Origin: Methanobacteriaceae archaeon
GTDB taxonomy: Archaea > Methanobacteriota > Methanobacteria > Methanobacteriales > Methanobacteriaceae
Assembly: GCA_003558085.1 (NCBI GenBank)
Contig: PWMT01000009.1
Span: forward strand, 1-11,291
DNA length: 11,291 bases
Reading direction: 5' to 3'
In this document: piece by piece, positions 6,668 to 11,291 of the stretch
How the letters are laid out: each line of letters opens with the position of its first letter
Position numbering within the stretch: position 1 is the first letter of the stretch
The notes under the pieces: generated by a model
What the model was told of the DNA's origin: nothing
Seen by the model: the letters and a program-made list of their open reading frames with translations, nothing else
Database searches by the model: none
Position numbers and translations under genes: made by a program

Positions 6668-7225
6668 TTACTTTTTTTCTAAAGGTGGAATGTTTTCTTC
6701 TATTTTCATTGGTTCTGGTTCTAATTTTTCTCTTGATGGTCTTATGATTTCTCGGTATCTTTTTACTGAATTTACAAGGGATTCACTATTTTTCATCACC
6801 ACTTCTTGCGAGCCTATAAGTTCTAAAGTTTCCACTCTCCTTCTATAGGCTAAAAGCGAAAATATCATAGTCATTACTGATAAAAACACGATTAATAGTC
6901 TTAAATCCATCATTAAGGGCGAATATCTCAGTATAACACTTACCGAGATACTTAGAAGAGAGCTTAACATTAAAAGTAAAACTGGTTTTTTTAAGAGCTT
7001 TTTAGGAGTATCTTCAGGATAGATTAATGATAAAAGAGAATAACCAGAAATTACAAAAATTAAAACCAAATAAATAGTATCCAGGAGATTGTTATCTATA
7101 CTTAAGTTAAAGAATGGAGTAGATAGGGTGTAATCTATATTTAGGCTGAAAAAGGCGATATAGACAATGTAACTTAGAGCTAATAAAAAAGTTAAAATAA
7201 GATCTTTTTTAGCAATGGTTTTCAT
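6668..7225 (-). CDS. DUF1616-like integral membrane protein (about 4 TM helices plus charged tail)
   Basis: FVISGYSLLSLIYP...LSISVSVILRYSP....L..LIVFLSVMT....LLAYRRR matches the DUF1616 membrane-domain pattern. GGAG at 7232-7235 serves as RBS for ATG 7225. Confidence 0.68.
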   Translation of the reverse strand: MKTIAKKDLILTFLLALSYIVYIAFFSLNIDYTLSTPFFNLSIDNNLLDTIYLVLIFVISGYSLLSLIYPEDTPKKLLKKPVLLLMLSSLLSISVSVILRYSPLMMDLRLLIVFLSVMTMIFSLLAYRRRVETLELIGSQEVVMKNSESLVNSVKRYREIIRPSREKLEPEPMKIEENIPPLEKK

Positions 7226-7430
7226 AGCAATCTCCATTTTTTAGGTTTATGACGGCTTAAGTATAATTATGAATTGTATATACTTATTATATTATTAAAT
7301 TACTTAATAAATAAATTTATTATCTTAGAGAATAAGGAGAACCTATTTTCCCAGTTAGTAACAGTTTATATTTAAATAATGCTTCTTTTACAGGTTTTAA
7401 GTATCAGCTAGTTAACTAAAATCCATTTAC

Positions 7431-8441
7431 TTATACCAACTTTTTTAAATACATTTTTTCATAATATTCTTGGTAATGACCACTTTTTACTTTCTCCCAC
7501 CACTTACGGTTATCCACATACCATTGTATGGTCTCTTGGATACCCTCTTTAAAATTATATGAAGGTTTCCAACCTAACTCTTTTTGTATTTTACTAGAAT
7601 CTATAGCATATCTTCGATCATGACCTAATCTATCCTCAACATAGGTTATTAGAGTCTCTGGTTTTTCTAATATTTCCAGTATCAATTTTACTATTTCAAT
7701 ATTTTTCTTCTCATTATTGCCGCCGATGTTATATATATCTCCTGTTCTTCCATAATGTAGAACCAGATCTATGGCTTTGCAGTGGTCATAAACATGTAAC
7801 CAATCCCGGATATTTAAGCCATCACCATAGACCGGTAATGGTTTCTCTTCCAGGGCATTAGATATCATTAAGGGAATTAACTTTTCTGGAAACTGGTAGG
7901 GTCCATAGTTATTAGAACAACGGGTGATGTTAACTGGTAAATTATAAGTTTCATGATAAGCTCTGACCATTAAATCAGCACCAGCTTTACTAGCAGAATA
8001 AGGACTATTGGGGGCTAGAGGTGTATCTTCTGTGAAATATCCTCTTTTCAGGGTACCATAAACTTCATCAGTAGATATCTGTAGAAATTTCTGAATTTTA
8101 TATTTTTTAGCTGCTTCTAGAAGGACCTGGGTTCCCAGGATATTAGATTTAATGAATATTTCAGGATCTTCAATACTGCGATCCACATGAGTTTCTGCAG
8201 CAAAATTAAGAACATAATCCTTATCCGAAATTAAATCATTAATTAATTCTTTATCCGTTATATCTCCTTTAACAAATCTATAATTAGGGTTATTTTCTAC
8301 TTCACTTAAATTCTCTAGATTACCACAGTAGGTGAGGGCATCTAAATTTATAATCTCATAATCAGGGTACTTTTCTAAGATATATCTTACAAAATTGCTC
8401 CCGATAAATCCTGCCCCGCCAGTAATCAATATTTTAGTCAT
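7431..8441 (-). CDS. rmlB: dTDP-glucose 4,6-dehydratase
   Basis: TGGAGFIGSNF, NFAAETHVDRSI, STDEVYG, PYSASKA, RCSNNYGPYQFPEKLIP, DRLGHDRRYAID. Confidence 0.97.
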   Translation of the reverse strand: MTKILITGGAGFIGSNFVRYILEKYPDYEIINLDALTYCGNLENLSEVENNPNYRFVKGDITDKELINDLISDKDYVLNFAAETHVDRSIEDPEIFIKSNILGTQVLLEAAKKYKIQKFLQISTDEVYGTLKRGYFTEDTPLAPNSPYSASKAGADLMVRAYHETYNLPVNITRCSNNYGPYQFPEKLIPLMISNALEEKPLPVYGDGLNIRDWLHVYDHCKAIDLVLHYGRTGDIYNIGGNNEKKNIEIVKLILEILEKPETLITYVEDRLGHDRRYAIDSSKIQKELGWKPSYNFKEGIQETIQWYVDNRKWWEKVKSGHYQEYYEKMYLKKLV

Positions 8442-8467
8442 TTTATTTCTCCATTCCCTATCAATAA

Positions 8468-9025
8468 TTAGAAATCAAGGGCGGTCTCTTCTAAGCTTTT
8501 CCATTCCTGATCTTTTCCTGATAAGATTATTTCTTCCACTTTATCGGTAGGCCATTCAATGCTTATTTGGGGATCATTCCATAGTATTCCGCCTTCATCA
8601 TCAGCATCATAAAAGTTGGTGCATTTATAGGTAAATTCAGCTTCATCAGAAAGCACTAGAAAACCATGGGCAAATCCTTCTGGTACATAAAATTGTTTTT
8701 TGTTCTCTTCTGTAAGGATAACTGCTTCCCATTTACCATAAGTTGGTGAATTTTTTCTTAAATCCACAGCCACATCAAAAACCTGTCCTTTAATCACCCG
8801 TACCAGTTTTCCTTGGGGTTTTTCATACTGGAAATGAAGCCCTCTTAGCACTCCTTTCTTGGATTTTGATTGATTATCCTGAACGAAGGTTAAATCAAGA
8901 CCAGCTTTTTTAAATTCCCCTGCATGGTAGGTTTCCATAAAATAGCCCCGATGATCTCCAAATACGGTGGGTTCGATGATGTAGGCTCCTTCCAGGGATG
9001 TTTTGTGGAATTTAAATTTAGCCAT
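8468..9025 (-). CDS. rmlC: dTDP-4-dehydrorhamnose 3,5-epimerase (start ATG 9025)
   Basis: FGDHRGYFMETY, FVQDNQSKS..GVLRGLHFQ, QGKLVRV..G.VFDVAVDLR..SPTYGKW, PEGFAHGF, WNDP. AGGTGG RBS at 9035-9040. Confidence 0.97.
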   Translation of the reverse strand: MAKFKFHKTSLEGAYIIEPTVFGDHRGYFMETYHAGEFKKAGLDLTFVQDNQSKSKKGVLRGLHFQYEKPQGKLVRVIKGQVFDVAVDLRKNSPTYGKWEAVILTEENKKQFYVPEGFAHGFLVLSDEAEFTYKCTNFYDADDEGGILWNDPQISIEWPTDKVEEIILSGKDQEWKSLEETALDF

Positions 9026-9113
9026 GATTATTAACCACCTTTTTTTTACAGACAAAGATTTGGTCTCTTTTTATTCCATATTTTATTCTTTTATCTTCAT
9101 TCTTGATTTATAG

Positions 9114-9989
9114 TTAGTATTGTTTATTGTTGAGCAAATCTCGAAGATACTCCCCATATTCTGTTTTTTCTAGCTTAGCTGCCATTTTTAATACTTTTTC
9201 TGCTGTTATCCATCCATTATGGTAGGCTATTTCTTCTAAACAAGCTATGTAGAATCCTTGTCTTCTTTGAATAACCTCTACGAAGTGACTGGCTTCCATT
9301 AAACCAATATGGGTACCGGTATCTAACCAGGCCATACCCCTACCTAATAACTCTACTTTTAATTTTTTTTGCTTCAAGTAGGATTCATTAACGCTGGTTA
9401 TTTCTAATTCTCCTCTGGAAGAGGGTTTAACTTTTTTAGCTATTTCTGTAACTGAATTATCATAAAAATAAAGGCCGGGAACTACATAATTTGATTTGGG
9501 GTGTTTTGGTTTTTCTTCTAATGATAGAACTTGCCCTTCTTCATTAAATTCAACCACACCGAAGGGTTGGGGATTTTTAACATAGTATCCAAAGATAACT
9601 GCTCCTTCTTTAAGATTGGCTGCTCTTTTTAGGATCTCAGTAAATCGATGACCATGGAAGATATTATCCCCTAATACCAAGGCCACTTTTTCCTCACCTA
9701 TAAAGTCTTCCCCTACAAGAAATGCATCTGCTAGTCCCCGAGGTTCCTCCTGAGGGGCATAGGAGAAAGAAACTCCTAAATCACTACCATCACCTAATAA
9801 TTCTTCATAGCGTGGTAAATCATGAGGGGTGGAGATGATCAATATATCTCGGATTCCAGCTAGCATCAAAACCGAGAGAGGATAATATATCATGGGCTTA
9901 TCATATATAGGTAATAATTGTTTGGAAATTGCTTTGGTAATGGGATAGAGTCTGGTTCCAGCTCCTCCTGCAAGTATTATTCCTTTCAT
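9114..9989 (-). CDS. rmlA: Glucose-1-phosphate thymidylyltransferase
   Basis: [18 protein letters not shown]...[62 protein letters not shown]. Confidence 0.98.
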   Translation of the reverse strand: MKGIILAGGAGTRLYPITKAISKQLLPIYDKPMIYYPLSVLMLAGIRDILIISTPHDLPRYEELLGDGSDLGVSFSYAPQEEPRGLADAFLVGEDFIGEEKVALVLGDNIFHGHRFTEILKRAANLKEGAVIFGYYVKNPQPFGVVEFNEEGQVLSLEEKPKHPKSNYVVPGLYFYDNSVTEIAKKVKPSSRGELEITSVNESYLKQKKLKVELLGRGMAWLDTGTHIGLMEASHFVEVIQRRQGFYIACLEEIAYHNGWITAEKVLKMAAKLEKTEYGEYLRDLLNNKQY

Positions 9990-9991
9990 TA

Positions 9992-10078
9992 TACGTTCTC
10001 CTATTTTTATGAGTGATAATCTTTTAAGGAAGTTTATGTTCTCCTTTTCTTTATGAGTGATAATCGTTTATGGAAGTT
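9992..10078. repeat. Imperfect tandem duplication (43 + 44 bp) of the rmlA leader including its RBS
   Basis: TACGTTCTCCTATTTTTATGAGTGATAATCTTTTAAGGAAGTT (9992-10034) and TATGTTCTCCTTTTCTTTATGAGTGATAATCGTTTATGGAAGTT (10035-10078). Confidence 0.9.
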
Positions 10079-10126
10079 TTTCTTTATAATGGCATTATCT
10101 ACAATTTTTATCATTCATCTACTAGC

Positions 10127-10134
10127 AAAAAAAA
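10127..10134 (-). terminator. T8 tract directly after the rmlD stop
   Basis: A8 on the plus strand, 2 nt beyond stop 10137. Confidence 0.4.
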
Positions 10135-10136
10135 CA

Positions 10137-10991
10137 TCAATTAAGATTTATTGATTTTAAATAATCTTTTAATGCTTCTATATAACTTCTAAGAGGTTCG
10201 AATCCTTCCATTTCCCAATTATAATTTCTTAAAATAGAATTTTTAGGACGGGGTGCTGGTCGAGGAAATTCTTCTGTTTTCACTGGATTTATCTGCACGT
10301 CCTTTCCAGTTAAATTAAATATGTCCTGGGCAAATGTATACCAGGAGCAGTATTCATTATTAGTGATATGATAAATACCATAGGCTGGTTTTTCTATAAG
10401 TTGGCTTAGGGCTCTGGCTAGATCTAGGGTGTAGGTGGGTGAACCAATTTGATCATCTACTACGGGAATCATATCCATTTCCTTAGATAATCTTAGCATG
10501 CTTTTCACGAAATTAGGGCCATTTAATCCATACAGCCAGGATGTTCGAACGATATAAAACTGGTTTAACATATCACGGACATATAGTTCTCCAGCCAGCT
10601 TAGTTTTTCCATATACACTTAAAGGATTGGTGAAATCATATTCATAATAGGGATAGGGTTTCTCCCCATCAAATACGTAGTCAGTGGATATATAAACCAG
10701 CGAAGCTCCATTTTTATCACAAGCTACTGCCACATTCCGGGTTCCCTGGGCATTCACTTTATAAGCCTGATCCAGATTCGATTCACACTCATCCACATCA
10801 GTATAAGCAGCGCAATGGATCACCACCTCTGGTTTAACATTAGATATAGTTTTTATAGTATCTTCTAAGTGGGTGGTATCTAAGGTTTCTATATCGCTGC
10901 TTACCACTTCATGTTGTAAGGATAATACTTTCACTAGGTCCTGACCTAGCATACCTTCCGCCCCGGTAATCATTATCTTCATTTTTTTCAC
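10137..10991 (-). CDS. rmlD: dTDP-4-dehydrorhamnose reductase (start GTG 10991 or ATG 10982)
   Basis: [64 protein letters not shown]. Confidence 0.97.
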   Translation of the reverse strand: MKKMKIMITGAEGMLGQDLVKVLSLQHEVVSSDIETLDTTHLEDTIKTISNVKPEVVIHCAAYTDVDECESNLDQAYKVNAQGTRNVAVACDKNGASLVYISTDYVFDGEKPYPYYEYDFTNPLSVYGKTKLAGELYVRDMLNQFYIVRTSWLYGLNGPNFVKSMLRLSKEMDMIPVVDDQIGSPTYTLDLARALSQLIEKPAYGIYHITNNEYCSWYTFAQDIFNLTGKDVQINPVKTEEFPRPAPRPKNSILRNYNWEMEGFEPLRSYIEALKDYLKSINLN

Positions 10992-11250
10992 TAATCCTTC
11001 TTAATTATTAATGGGGGATGATTTTATTTTTTCTTAATCAACTATTTTCAGATTAAGATTAATTATGGGCTAATTTTGTTCTATCAAATATTAAATCATA
11101 TAAGTGATTTATGATATAATACTTAATAGTGAATATGGTGTTTTACTCTTATTAACAGATATTTTCTTAATTGGAGTTTATATTAATTTATGTAACAAGT
11201 CCAGATTTATTAATTTACATTAGGCAAAACTATAATTATAATTTTTAAGC

Positions 11251-11291
11251 TTTTATAAGAGTCATAATTTTTTAAAGTTGAGGTGTGATTC
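11251..11291 (+). promoter_or_regulatory. Probable TATA box and RBS of a divergent gene starting just beyond the window
   Basis: TTTTATAA (11251-11258) followed by GAGGTG (11280-11285) at the edge. Confidence 0.4.

Noticed and set aside
9026..9055. N-terminal extension of the rmlC ORF
   Set aside because: It covers the RBS, and the RmlC-like sequence begins at MAKF (ATG 9025).
9992..10078. Possible mini-CRISPR
   Set aside because: Only two abutting, diverged copies. The intervening sequence is itself part of the repeat, so there is no unique spacer, and no cas genes are present.
7431..10991. rml gene order D-A-C-B as a novelty
   Set aside because: It differs from E. coli rmlBDAC but, from recall, matches Methanothermobacter thermautotrophicus, so it is ordinary for this lineage.

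Overview
AT-rich chromosomal window that reads as a methanogenic archaeon of the Methanobacteriaceae (Methanobacterium-like). This is inferred from GGTGA/GGAGG ribosome-binding sites, TATA-like boxes, oligo-T terminators and gene content, not from a marker gene. Left: the 3' part of a prokaryotic (6-4) photolyase/CryB-type gene that lacks the usual 4Fe-4S cysteines, a membrane-anchored hypothetical protein, a stand-alone Rieske [2Fe-2S] ferredoxin, an orphan DUF2283-like gene, a membrane-anchored PepSY protein and two small hypothetical genes. Right: a co-oriented minus-strand cell-envelope block, rmlD-rmlA-rmlC-rmlB (dTDP-L-rhamnose synthesis), then a short DUF1616-like membrane protein, an LCP/DUF4012-like extracellular protein and a small membrane-anchored Ser/Pro/Thr-rich protein. 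The best candidate for an undescribed system is this rml + LCP-like + Ser/Pro-rich block, a possible route for attaching a rhamnose glycan to pseudomurein or to a protein. No mobile element, CRISPR array, tRNA or rRNA was seen. Family calls come from motif recognition only; no searches were run.
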